Below the pieces are notes generated by a model. It worked only from the letters and a program-made list of their open reading frames with translations, made no database searches and was not told where the DNA came from. A stretch of 64,000 bases of DNA from Chloroflexota bacterium. GTDB lineage: Bacteria > Chloroflexota > UBA6077 > FW602-bin22 > JBCLEL01. The stretch spans positions 1,683,034 to 1,747,033 of the forward strand of contig OZ244845.1 in assembly GCA_965220775.1 (NCBI GenBank), given 5' to 3'. This document shows, piece by piece, positions 48,052 to 56,516 of this stretch (the stretch's first letter is position 1; every line of letters starts with the position of its first letter). A program made the position numbers and the translations under genes.

Positions 48052-48390
48052 ATGAACAACATCGACACAGCATTCGCCAAAATGTTCGAAAGTTGGAACA
48101 TCCATCTTCCTCTTAATGCTACTACTCTGCAGCAACCCGGCAAGATCGTGCAAGCCGGATGGGCCATACGGTATGTGTTCGGCGAGGACTATCTCGACTA
48201 TTATGCCGAACACCGTATGACTAGCCCATGCCATGAAAGAATCCACTCCGATGGGCGGTGTGAGTCATTGCAGGCCCCGAGCAACAATGTTGAGGCAATT
48301 CGATCTTTTGACCACCAGGACGTAGGGAGGCTATACTTCGTGTGGCAAAACGAGTCGGGTAGTGATAGGGCGGTTAGCTCAGCTGGCTAG
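48052..48390 (+). CDS. hypothetical protein; C-terminus reads into the duplicated tRNA-Val leader
   Basis: 112-aa ORF. The last roughly 28 codons lie inside the 139-bp duplicated segment and the tRNA itself, so the ORF is either truncated or spurious. Confidence 0.3.
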   Translation: MNNIDTAFAKMFESWNIHLPLNATTLQQPGKIVQAGWAIRYVFGEDYLDYYAEHRMTSPCHERIHSDGRCESLQAPSNNVEAIRSFDHQDVGRLYFVWQNESGSDRAVSSAG

Positions 48391-48444
48391 AGCGCCACGT
48401 TGACATCGTGGAGGTCACTGGTTCGAGTCCAGTATCGCCCACCA
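48368..48444 (+). tRNA. tRNA-Val (anticodon GAC), copy 2
   Basis: Same fold as copy 1 with a few compensated substitutions. Encoded CCA. Confidence 0.9.
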
Positions 48445-48454
48445 TTTGCCTCAG

Positions 48455-48531
48455 GGCGCATTCGTCTAGCGGCCTAGGACACCGCCCTCTCAAGGCGGAG
48501 ATCACGGGTTCGAATCCCGTATGCGCTACCA
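48455..48531 (+). tRNA. tRNA-Glu (anticodon CTC)
   Basis: Acceptor ggcgcat/atgcgct, D region tcgtctagcggcctaggac, anticodon arm ccgcc-ctCTCaa-ggcgg, T arm cgggttcgaatcccg, encoded CCA. Confidence 0.88.
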
Positions 48532-48837
48532 ACATCTCAAGTAGGTCCCAATTCCCTGCGCCGATACTCGGTACAAGCCCAGAAAGCGAAGGTAGATTGG
48601 GGTACTTCCGAGATCGTTCTCCTCCCTTCCTAATTTGTCGTCGTCGAGAGTCGTAAAGCGAAGAGGGTCGTTCCTGATCCACGCAAGTGGGGCGATGGCA
48701 CAAACACTGGACTTGTTGCTTAGGGTGTCTCGGGAGGGTTCCGGGTTCGAGATAAGAAGCTGAATTAGGGTTGCGAACATCAAGCGTCTTCACGTATAAC
48801 GACTTGGCGAAGAGAATCTCAGGAACAATGGAGGGTA

Positions 48838-49701
48838 ATGATGGAGTGGAGCTTCGAACAGGTTGCCGGCCCATTCAATCTCACTGAAGGACCGGTTTGG
48901 AATGGGGAGCGTCTGCTCTTCACCGCAATTTATGATAGAGAGATCAAGTCATTTGATCCCTCGACCGGCGAATGTAGTGTTTTCGCCCAAGAGACCGGAA
49001 ATGGCAACGGTATGTTTCTAGACCAGCAGAGAAACCTTCTGGTCTGCGAGGGCGCGGGCCGGCGAGTCGCACGCTACCAACAAGATGGGCAACGGGTGAC
49101 CTTGGCCAGCCATTTCGAGGGTCGCCGGCTGAACCAACCGAACGACATAGTTGCCGATAATCAGGGGCGTATTTGGTTCACTGATCCATGTTATTACGAT
49201 AGAGAGAGCATGGAGTTGGATCACGAGTCAGTTTACCGGCTCGATCCCGAATCTGATGGCAGCTACAGTATGTCCAGAGTGACGTTTGACACTCTAAGTC
49301 CGAACGGCTTGGTCTTTTCGCCCGATCAGACAACTTTGTATGTTGCGGAGGCACCTAGTGTGCCGAGAGGTCAGCGCGAGCTACGCGCGTACCCTGTCCA
49401 AAGCGACGGCAGTCTCGGTGAGCCAACGATATTGCACGACTTTGGCCCGCATCGTGGCATCGACGGGATGAGAATCGACAAAGACGGCAACGTCGTGGCA
49501 GCTTGTGGATGGCCGGAAAGTGGGCCCGGTGCTCGGATAGCCGTCTTCTCCCCATCCGGCGAGGTATTGGAGGACCACGCGGTGCCGACGAGTCCTACAA
49601 ATTGTTGCTTCGGAGACAGTGACCTACAAACTCTCTACGTCACTGGTTACGACGGCTGTCTGTACAGGGGACGCACCCACCGAAAAGGGTATGTTCAGTA
49701 G
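48838..49701 (+). CDS. SMP-30/gluconolactonase/LRE-family protein
   Basis: 287-aa ORF with EGPVW, NDIVADNQGRIWFTDP, PNGLVFSPD and DGMRIDKDGNV beta-propeller motifs. Confidence 0.85.
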   Translation: MMEWSFEQVAGPFNLTEGPVWNGERLLFTAIYDREIKSFDPSTGECSVFAQETGNGNGMFLDQQRNLLVCEGAGRRVARYQQDGQRVTLASHFEGRRLNQPNDIVADNQGRIWFTDPCYYDRESMELDHESVYRLDPESDGSYSMSRVTFDTLSPNGLVFSPDQTTLYVAEAPSVPRGQRELRAYPVQSDGSLGEPTILHDFGPHRGIDGMRIDKDGNVVAACGWPESGPGARIAVFSPSGEVLEDHAVPTSPTNCCFGDSDLQTLYVTGYDGCLYRGRTHRKGYVQ

Positions 49702-49804
49702 GATTCGTCGAAATAAGTCGATCTCGTTGCCCCGTTCGACGGGCGCTAAGGTCAACGCATGCCACAGCAGGGCCCCCAATCGGCGGTGAAATCGCAGAGG
49801 GGCG

Positions 49805-50698
49805 CTACGGGCTAATAGGGACCGGGATGCCGGTAGCCAAAGTGTGCAGTCGGTAAACGCTCGTGCGTGCCGTAATGAACAGGGTGGACCATCCTTCGCC
49901 ACCCCAGGCCAAGTTCGCCGGTGCTTCAGGTGGGACGATACGACCCAGCAGCCTGCCGGATGGGTCGATGATCGATATGCCGCCGGCGCCGGTACAGTAG
50001 ACGTTGCCCTCCCGATCTACTTTCATCCCATCGGGAGGTCCTGGGGCGTCCGACTGCATGTCCAGGAAGAGTCTGCCATTAGCCAGCGTGCCATCCGGCC
50101 TCACGTCGAACGCTCGGATGTGCTGGCGACCACTGTCATCGATGTATAGCGTAGCCTCGTCTGGAGACAATGCCAATCCGTTCGGCCGGTCAAAGTCGTC
50201 TGCAACTACTGTCAACGAACCTTCCGGGGTAAATTTGAAGACACCGTTGAAAGTCAGCTGCTTCCCTTCGGTCCTATTTGGAAGCGCCCACGCGGGGTCT
50301 GTGAAATAGATGTCGCCGTTAGAACCCACGATGATGTCGTTGGGCCCGTTAAGCCTCTTGCCCTTGTACTTATCTATCAGGGTATGAGAGTCTCCATTTG
50401 CGTCCATGACCGAGACGCGGCGTGCTCCACCCTCGCACGTCAGCAGCCTGCCGCTCAAATCCAACGTGAGCCCGTTGCCCTTAGCGGTATCGGTCCTATA
50501 CGTAGTGACTTCCGGTCCTTCCGGCAACTCGCGCCACCGCACTGTGCGGTTACGCCGTATGTCGCTGAATAGCAAGTGTTCGCGACACCAAACCGGGCCC
50601 TCGGTGAAGCCAAAACCGCCGGCGATTCGCTCCGGGATTGCGTCTGCGGGAATCAGTTCTAGCAGGGCCTTGTCCTGCACCTCAATACGACCGAGCAT
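49805..50698 (-). CDS. SMP-30/gluconolactonase/LRE-family protein (paralogue, convergent)
   Basis: 297-aa ORF with TEGPVW, PNDIIVGSNGDIYFTDP, PNGLALSPD and DGMKVDREGNVY. Confidence 0.85.
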   Translation of the reverse strand: MLGRIEVQDKALLELIPADAIPERIAGGFGFTEGPVWCREHLLFSDIRRNRTVRWRELPEGPEVTTYRTDTAKGNGLTLDLSGRLLTCEGGARRVSVMDANGDSHTLIDKYKGKRLNGPNDIIVGSNGDIYFTDPAWALPNRTEGKQLTFNGVFKFTPEGSLTVVADDFDRPNGLALSPDEATLYIDDSGRQHIRAFDVRPDGTLANGRLFLDMQSDAPGPPDGMKVDREGNVYCTGAGGISIIDPSGRLLGRIVPPEAPANLAWGGEGWSTLFITARTSVYRLHTLATGIPVPISP

Positions 50699-50867
50699 AG
50701 ATCCTCCTTAACATCTCGCAAACCGCTTGGTACGCTGGTTCTATTTGCGGTCACCTCTCGATTCGTTCACTCATTGTCGGACTTCGACCACATCGCCAAT
50801 CACCACTATCTGTCGAAGGCCCATAGATTATACTTGCCATCCGGTTATGCGCTCAGCGGTGAAGAGA

Positions 50868-51797
50868 ATGGCTTCAACACCCGACAAATTTGTCTGGATC
50901 GACGGTGAACTAACTCCCTGGGATCAGGCGACAGTCCACATTTCGCACCTTGGTTGGTCTACAGTGGCGGCCGTATTCGACAGCATCAACGCCTACTGGA
51001 ATGCGCAACACAGGCAGCTATACGTCCTTCAACACGCCGAACATCTCCGCAGGCTATTGCAGTCGATGAAAATAATGCGCCTGCAGACCAACTTGGCGCT
51101 GGAGGACCTCGCTGAAGGCGCTCTGGACCTGCTGCGCGCTAACGGCTACCGTAAGGATTGCCGCGTAAGACCCGTCGCCTACCAGCCTGACGCCGACTGG
51201 TTTGGGACCTGGACCGAGAGCCGCACCTCGATCTTTATGACGACTGCGGCACGCAAGTCATGGTTGGGCCGGCAGGTCGGCCTGCGCGCCGGCGTCAGCT
51301 CTTGGACTCGCATCTCCGACAACTCTTTGTCCCCGCGGGTAAAGGGCATCTCGAACTACCAGAACAGCCGATTGGCGCTATTGGAGGCGAATCTACGCGG
51401 CTATGACCAGCCCATCCTGCTGAATGCCGCCGGCAAGGTGGCCGAGTCAGCGACCGCGTGCGTCTTCATCGTCCGCGACGGCCGGCTGATTACCCCATCG
51501 ATCACGAGCGGCATCCTCGAGAGCATCACCCGCCGAAGTGTCATCAGGTTGGCGACCGAGCTGCTGAATATTCCAGTGCAGGAACGTGAGGTTGACCGGA
51601 CCGAAATGTACATCGCCGAGGAAATGTTTCTCTGTGGAACGAACGCGGAGATCAGGCCCATAATCTCGATTGACGATTACCAAGTTGGCGACGGTGTAGC
51701 GGGGCCGGTGACCGAGCGACTGACCGGGCTACTCAATGACTTGGTGAGGGGGAACGATTCGCGCTTTCCTGAATGGCGCCGGCCGGTCTACGCTTAA
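50868..51797 (+). CDS. class IV (branched-chain amino acid) aminotransferase
   Basis: MASTPDKFVWIDGELTPWDQATVHISHLGW... is a typical class-IV N-terminus. The internal ATG is chosen. The 47-codon extension in the ORF track has no support. Confidence 0.8.
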   Translation: MASTPDKFVWIDGELTPWDQATVHISHLGWSTVAAVFDSINAYWNAQHRQLYVLQHAEHLRRLLQSMKIMRLQTNLALEDLAEGALDLLRANGYRKDCRVRPVAYQPDADWFGTWTESRTSIFMTTAARKSWLGRQVGLRAGVSSWTRISDNSLSPRVKGISNYQNSRLALLEANLRGYDQPILLNAAGKVAESATACVFIVRDGRLITPSITSGILESITRRSVIRLATELLNIPVQEREVDRTEMYIAEEMFLCGTNAEIRPIISIDDYQVGDGVAGPVTERLTGLLNDLVRGNDSRFPEWRRPVYA

Positions 51798-51987
51798 TCA
51801 AATATGGACCGGCGATTCAGCATCGCTCACTCTGAAACGGGTGCTGCCGAGGGTATCTAGACGACCAAACAAGCCCCAGCCGGATCCGTGGCAGTGATCC
51901 TCGTCTCCGCATCCCCGTCCGTCATCACAGCGAACGTCCGGCCGTAGCGCTTGAGAATCTGATCTTTAGAATGTGGGTGGCGAAAAT

Positions 51988-53325
51988 CTACGGCAGAAGG
52001 TTCAGGACAAAAGTATTCCAGCCATATGCTTCGCGTAGCGTATCCGAGCTTCCGAGACTGTCAGGACTGGTGCTTATGAACTCATGCGATGCCCAAGAGT
52101 ATCGCACTTCCGATTGAAGTCGTTGAAAGAACAGATCAGTTGCGCCCGGCAGGTTGTGTCTGCCGGCTACGTAAAGCGCCAAAGCATCGTAGAGTAACCA
52201 GCTGGCCCCATGGTGGTAATTCCCCGGCCGGTTGACTTGAGGGATAATGAACTCGTTGTCATGTCGATAGCCGCCGTAGTAGTCGCTGATCACTTTGTAG
52301 CCCAGGAAACTTCCATCGGGATAGTGCACCTTGGAGAACCTATTGAACGTCGCCTCTACCCGCTCGGTGGACAGAATGGGTCTATCGAACAGGTAAAGAG
52401 ACAGAGCCTCCCCTACCAAGGATGCTACGTCGATGATCGTGGATCCCATCCTCTGGGGTAGAGAGACCCCATCCTCTGGATTAACCATTCCTCTATATAT
52501 TTCTTCAGCACGCGGTCGAAGCTGAGGGTCGATTGCGACGTTCATTTCTTCCAAACATTTGAGAGTCACACACAGCAGGCCCTGGTTGTAGGCGATTACT
52601 TCAGAGGTTGCCGCAGGCTTGCCGGCCGGCCTGAATGTATCCGCCCAATAATGGTAGGCGCCGATCTCGTTGACGCCGCCCGGTACCGAGATCCGCCGCG
52701 TCTCACCGGTGGTCACGTAAGATCCATCCTTAATATGTGTGAGAATGAAATCGTATGCCCTTTCCAGAGACTCTAGGTTGGGCGCTCCACCTAGTTTGCT
52801 TAGCTGATAGTTATGGAGCACGAACATCATCGTGCTCTCTTCCGCGCGATCACGCAAGGGTGGACGCGAGCCGTCTCGACGGAGAGCTGTCGCAATATGA
52901 CCGTCGGGGTTCAAGAGTTGATCGGCAGCAAACTTAGCGACGGCCTTATCTGAAATGGTGGGGTTTTCTAAAGCGGCCAATACCCAGAAAGAATCTCGGG
53001 AGAAGAAGAAGAACTCGAAAAGCTTACTTGGGATCACCCAGTCGCCGGCGTCCAGCACACAAGACCAAGCTGTTTCAAGCATGAGTTGCTTGAAAGAGGC
53101 CAGGAATTCCTGGCTACCCGTGCTTCCAGACAGCTTGCCAATAGTTTCAAGAAATTGTGGGTGGGATAACGGCGGGGCCGGCTGCTCCGGCTCGGAAGGC
53201 TCCGAGGCGCCTGCAGTCAAGGGAAAAAACGAAGCGAGCGCCACATTGCCGGCAGCTGCCAAAGCGAGCTTCGAGAAAGTCCTACGGCCCATCAGACCGC
53301 CGTCGTTACCCGACCTTGCCCCCAC
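51988..53325 (-). CDS. secreted (Tat-signal-like) protein, possibly an (alpha/alpha)6-barrel glycoside-hydrolase-like enzyme
   Basis: 445-aa ORF. GRRTFSKLALAAAGNVALASF resembles a twin-arginine signal. The helix-rich body with a YHHGASWLLYDA motif is reminiscent of GH63/GH15-like barrels. Functional assignment is weak. Confidence 0.5.
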   Translation of the reverse strand: MGARSGNDGGLMGRRTFSKLALAAAGNVALASFFPLTAGASEPSEPEQPAPPLSHPQFLETIGKLSGSTGSQEFLASFKQLMLETAWSCVLDAGDWVIPSKLFEFFFFSRDSFWVLAALENPTISDKAVAKFAADQLLNPDGHIATALRRDGSRPPLRDRAEESTMMFVLHNYQLSKLGGAPNLESLERAYDFILTHIKDGSYVTTGETRRISVPGGVNEIGAYHYWADTFRPAGKPAATSEVIAYNQGLLCVTLKCLEEMNVAIDPQLRPRAEEIYRGMVNPEDGVSLPQRMGSTIIDVASLVGEALSLYLFDRPILSTERVEATFNRFSKVHYPDGSFLGYKVISDYYGGYRHDNEFIIPQVNRPGNYHHGASWLLYDALALYVAGRHNLPGATDLFFQRLQSEVRYSWASHEFISTSPDSLGSSDTLREAYGWNTFVLNLLP

Positions 53326-53431
53326 CGACTGTATGTGCCTCCCTAAGTATCCCTGACATCCATGCCCGAACAGTTATATCACGTTTGCATGGCAGGCGTC
53401 GGAGGCCGTCAGCGTTAGAATCCCATAAGAG

Positions 53432-53911
53432 TTGCATCGTTCGTTAGTGGCGGTCAATCGCCCATTAAGGACTAAAATAACAGACCGTCCAACTCTAGAG
53501 GAGGTTGTGGTATCTTCTAAATGCTATGAAAGCGGGGTGCACTCTTTGAGTTCGGTATTAGACAGGCTCTGGCGGACGGGAAAAGCAACCGCATTCGGAG
53601 ACCGGGCAAAGATAGAAGAGGAAGTCGCGAATTGGGAGGACGACCTTGCTCGTCGGGGCCGCGATAACCAGCGGCGGCAGAGAACGCCGGCTTCGCTCGT
53701 GAATTCGAAGGAGTTGCAGGATGCTTTCGCGGCACTGGAAGTGCCTATCGGCTCAGATTGGGAGACCTCCCACCGAGCCTTTCGCAGGATGGCTCAGAAG
53801 TATCATCCGGATAAATGGCATAATGATCCCAAGCGAGAAGTGGCGGAAGTGCTGTTCAACAAGATAAATCAGGCCTTTGATCTTATAAAGGCGCACTACG
53901 GAAAAAGATAG
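53432..53911 (+). CDS. J-domain (DnaJ-like) protein
   Basis: C-terminal J domain with an HPD tripeptide (FRRMAQKYHPDKWHNDPKREVAEVLFNKINQAFDLI). Start uncertain: TTG at 53432, or GTG near 53507 after GGAGG. Confidence 0.75.
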   Translation: MHRSLVAVNRPLRTKITDRPTLEEVVVSSKCYESGVHSLSSVLDRLWRTGKATAFGDRAKIEEEVANWEDDLARRGRDNQRRQRTPASLVNSKELQDAFAALEVPIGSDWETSHRAFRRMAQKYHPDKWHNDPKREVAEVLFNKINQAFDLIKAHYGKR

Positions 53912-53962
53912 TTTCACGCTCCCAAAGGGGTGTGTAGTACGTGGGGTAAGGAGAATAGAATC

Positions 53963-54346
53963 ATGTCACACTATGAGAGTGTCAAGGCGATGGTAGTTGA
54001 ACTGGGGTTCGTCCCTCATAACGAGGATCCTGAAGGGACGTTGTTCGTCATTACTGACGAAGACCGAGGCATCCTGAACCTCGTGGTGGACTGCCAGGAC
54101 GACATTCTGAGACTCGAGCAGGTCTTGGGTCTCATCACTCCACAGACGGACTTCCGGCAACTCCTGGCGATGAACCGGGAGTTGGTGCATGGAGCGTACG
54201 CCCTTGGCCGGCAAGGCAAACGTATCATATGGACAGACACCCTACAGATTGGCAACCTTGACCCGAACGAGCTCGAAGGCTCATTCGACGCGCTGTCGCT
54301 TGCTGTAGCCGAGCACGGCGATCAACTGATCAAGATGCTCAAATAA
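53963..54346 (+). CDS. YbjN/YjfI-like (DUF2170-type) small cytoplasmic protein
   Basis: 127 aa from the ATG after AAGGAG. Size, acidic character and position directly upstream of pspA mirror E. coli yjfI. No strict motif, so the assignment is by context and general resemblance. Confidence 0.55.
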   Translation: MSHYESVKAMVVELGFVPHNEDPEGTLFVITDEDRGILNLVVDCQDDILRLEQVLGLITPQTDFRQLLAMNRELVHGAYALGRQGKRIIWTDTLQIGNLDPNELEGSFDALSLAVAEHGDQLIKMLK

Positions 54347-54380
54347 GGAAAGTCGAGGATAGGCTGAAAGGAGAAACGAA

Positions 54381-55070
54381 ATGTCACTATTCCAACGAGT
54401 GTTCGGCATCGGAAAGGCCGAGGCGCATAGCGCTCTCGACAAAATAGAGGACCCTGTCAAGATGACCGAGCAGGGGATTCGAGACCTGCGAAGTGATCTT
54501 GAAAAAAGCGTGAACGCGCTGGCTGCGGTCAAAGCCAATGCCATACAAGCGAGAAGAAGACTTAATGACCAGCGGCGTCGCGCCCAAGACTACGTGAAGA
54601 AAGCCTCATTGTTGGAGGAACGCACCGGCGACGACAACCAAGAGTTAGCTTCCAAAGCGCTCGTCGAGGCTCAAACGATCGCTGCAAGCCTTCCTCAACT
54701 CCAACAGGACGCGGAAAGACAAGAGGCGATGGGTACCCAGCTTGGTGGAAAGATAGGAGAGTTGAAGACCACGATTCGTTCCTACGAAAACGAACTGACC
54801 ATCCTGAAAGCGCGGGCCCAGACCGCAAAATCCGTCGAGAAGATCAATAAGGTGATGGCCGGCGCAGACTCCTCGGGAACCGTAGCTATGTTGGAGCGTA
54901 TGAAGGAGAGAGTTGACGAGGGAGAGGCACGCGCTCAGGCATATGGCGAGCTTGCGGAGGGTGGATCCAGCCTTGACGACGAGTTAAAAAAGGCACTACC
55001 CGCCGGCGGTGCTTCCCAGGATTCTAACGCAAACCGGATCGATGACCTAAAGAAACAACTGGACATGTGA
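54381..55070 (+). CDS. pspA: PspA/IM30 (ESCRT-III-like) family protein
   Basis: 229-aa coiled-coil ORF. MSLFQRVFGIGKAEAHSALDKIEDPVKMTEQGIRDL matches the PspA/IM30 N-terminus. AAAGGAG RBS. Confidence 0.9.
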   Translation: MSLFQRVFGIGKAEAHSALDKIEDPVKMTEQGIRDLRSDLEKSVNALAAVKANAIQARRRLNDQRRRAQDYVKKASLLEERTGDDNQELASKALVEAQTIAASLPQLQQDAERQEAMGTQLGGKIGELKTTIRSYENELTILKARAQTAKSVEKINKVMAGADSSGTVAMLERMKERVDEGEARAQAYGELAEGGSSLDDELKKALPAGGASQDSNANRIDDLKKQLDM

Positions 55071-55082
55071 TAAGGAGTACAG

Positions 55083-55634
55083 ATGGACGAGATTTCCGCC
55101 TCCGACCTTAAGACTCTAAAAAAGGGCGATATCATCGACTTCCATGATGCCTACCTGGTCACCGGTTTTCCCATCCCGAATTTCAACATTCTTTCGGAGG
55201 GGCCGTTCACGGTAAAGAAGAGGTTCAAATATAGCTACAGTTGGGAATATCTAGTCGAAAGCATCGAAGGTAGGAACGCCTATGTCGAGTATGAAGAGGA
55301 AGATGGAGAGCCGGAGATACTTATAGATATTCGCCTGGACAAGAAATTCCCCCATATCTCGCACGAGCTATTGAGTACGTCGAAACGCGACGTAAGTAAG
55401 TTCACGCTGAACAGCGTTGCTTATTATCTGGATGAGAACGATGACGACACCGATGAGGACGGGGAGGAGTACGAATATTGGGACTTCTACTCCGGCCCAA
55501 TTCCCGGGAGCGAAGACCAACGGCTATTTATAGGCATAGAGGATTATGGAGATCCCGGCAAGCCGGAGTACGAGGTGTTCGCGGGGTTTACGCTTCCAGC
55601 ACGTGCGATCAAGGACATTATCAGGCGGAGATGA
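55083..55634 (+). CDS. DUF4178-like protein
   Basis: 183-aa ORF, 12 bp after pspA. LKKGDIIDFHDAYLVTG plus an acidic C-terminal half resembles DUF4178 proteins found next to pspA (B. subtilis ydjH-type). Needs HMM confirmation. Confidence 0.6.
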   Translation: MDEISASDLKTLKKGDIIDFHDAYLVTGFPIPNFNILSEGPFTVKKRFKYSYSWEYLVESIEGRNAYVEYEEEDGEPEILIDIRLDKKFPHISHELLSTSKRDVSKFTLNSVAYYLDENDDDTDEDGEEYEYWDFYSGPIPGSEDQRLFIGIEDYGDPGKPEYEVFAGFTLPARAIKDIIRRR

Positions 55635-55790
55635 ATCACAAGATTTGCGCATCAACATCGGGACATTGGTAGGTGTCCCGATTTATATTACAGAATCTCC
55701 ACATTTTCCTTTTACAAATCCTCTAGACTTAACTTAGCTGAGGCCAGCACGTCACAACGTGAAACCTGCTGAATATCTCTGCCCTCATTC

Positions 55791-56516
55791 TTGCCTAGCC
55801 CTGAAAACGTGAGTGAAATGGAGACTCCTGTGAGCAACGAGTTGGATTATCAAGAGCAATCCGCTCAAGATCTCCGACTAAACGTCATTGAAGGTGAGTT
55901 CGACCTGTCCCAGTTCCAAATCTTCAAGACGGAAGTACTGCAAGTCTCACCTGAATTCAGTGTGGAGGCCATGATCATAGGCAGAAGTCATGCGATCTGT
56001 TTTCAGGTTGGCGCTATGAGGTTGTACGAGGTCTTTGCCTGTGGGGAGGTCCGAACGTCGCGCAGCCGAGCCTTTTATGGGCCGCTTAGCGAGGTCACTG
56101 GTTCCGTGGAGCTTGGCTTTCACCCTCAGGTAACCTACGGTTTCCGGGCGATGGCAATGCGTTGGCCTGAAGGTACGGCGGAAATTCGACGGATGGAAAC
56201 TGAGAGCGTCGGTTCCCAAGGATTCTATTTGAGCTATGATTTTCCCCGAGGAGCGCACGGAGATCCTGCGAGGACCATCATCTTGGGATATCCTAATGAG
56301 CCGGAGGCTTCCTTAAGAATCAGGACCGCTCACTCATATCCCAACGAAGGAACGATTGTAATCAGCCACTCTGGTTTGCTTACCGGAAAGGATGGCAGAG
56401 CCTATGAGAACGAAGTATCTGTGGCCGGCCATGGCCGTCCTGTTAACAATGTTGTTAATGGGAGGATGCGCCGGACTGCCTCAGGAGCTCCGGGACCAAG
56501 CCGACGCGATTCCTGA
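55791..56516 (+). CDS. hypothetical protein of the pspA neighbourhood
   Basis: 241-aa ORF with no motif I can name. Its last roughly 38 codons overlap the lipoprotein gene in another frame. Start uncertain: TTG at 55791 or ATG at 55818. Confidence 0.45.
   Translation: MPSPENVSEMETPVSNELDYQEQSAQDLRLNVIEGEFDLSQFQIFKTEVLQVSPEFSVEAMIIGRSHAICFQVGAMRLYEVFACGEVRTSRSRAFYGPLSEVTGSVELGFHPQVTYGFRAMAMRWPEGTAEIRRMETESVGSQGFYLSYDFPRGAHGDPARTIILGYPNEPEASLRIRTAHSYPNEGTIVISHSGLLTGKDGRAYENEVSVAGHGRPVNNVVNGRMRRTASGAPGPSRRDS

Noticed and set aside
48374-48874. 166-aa minus-strand ORF
   Set aside because: It is antisense to tRNA-Val and tRNA-Glu and the intergenic region, with no coding features.
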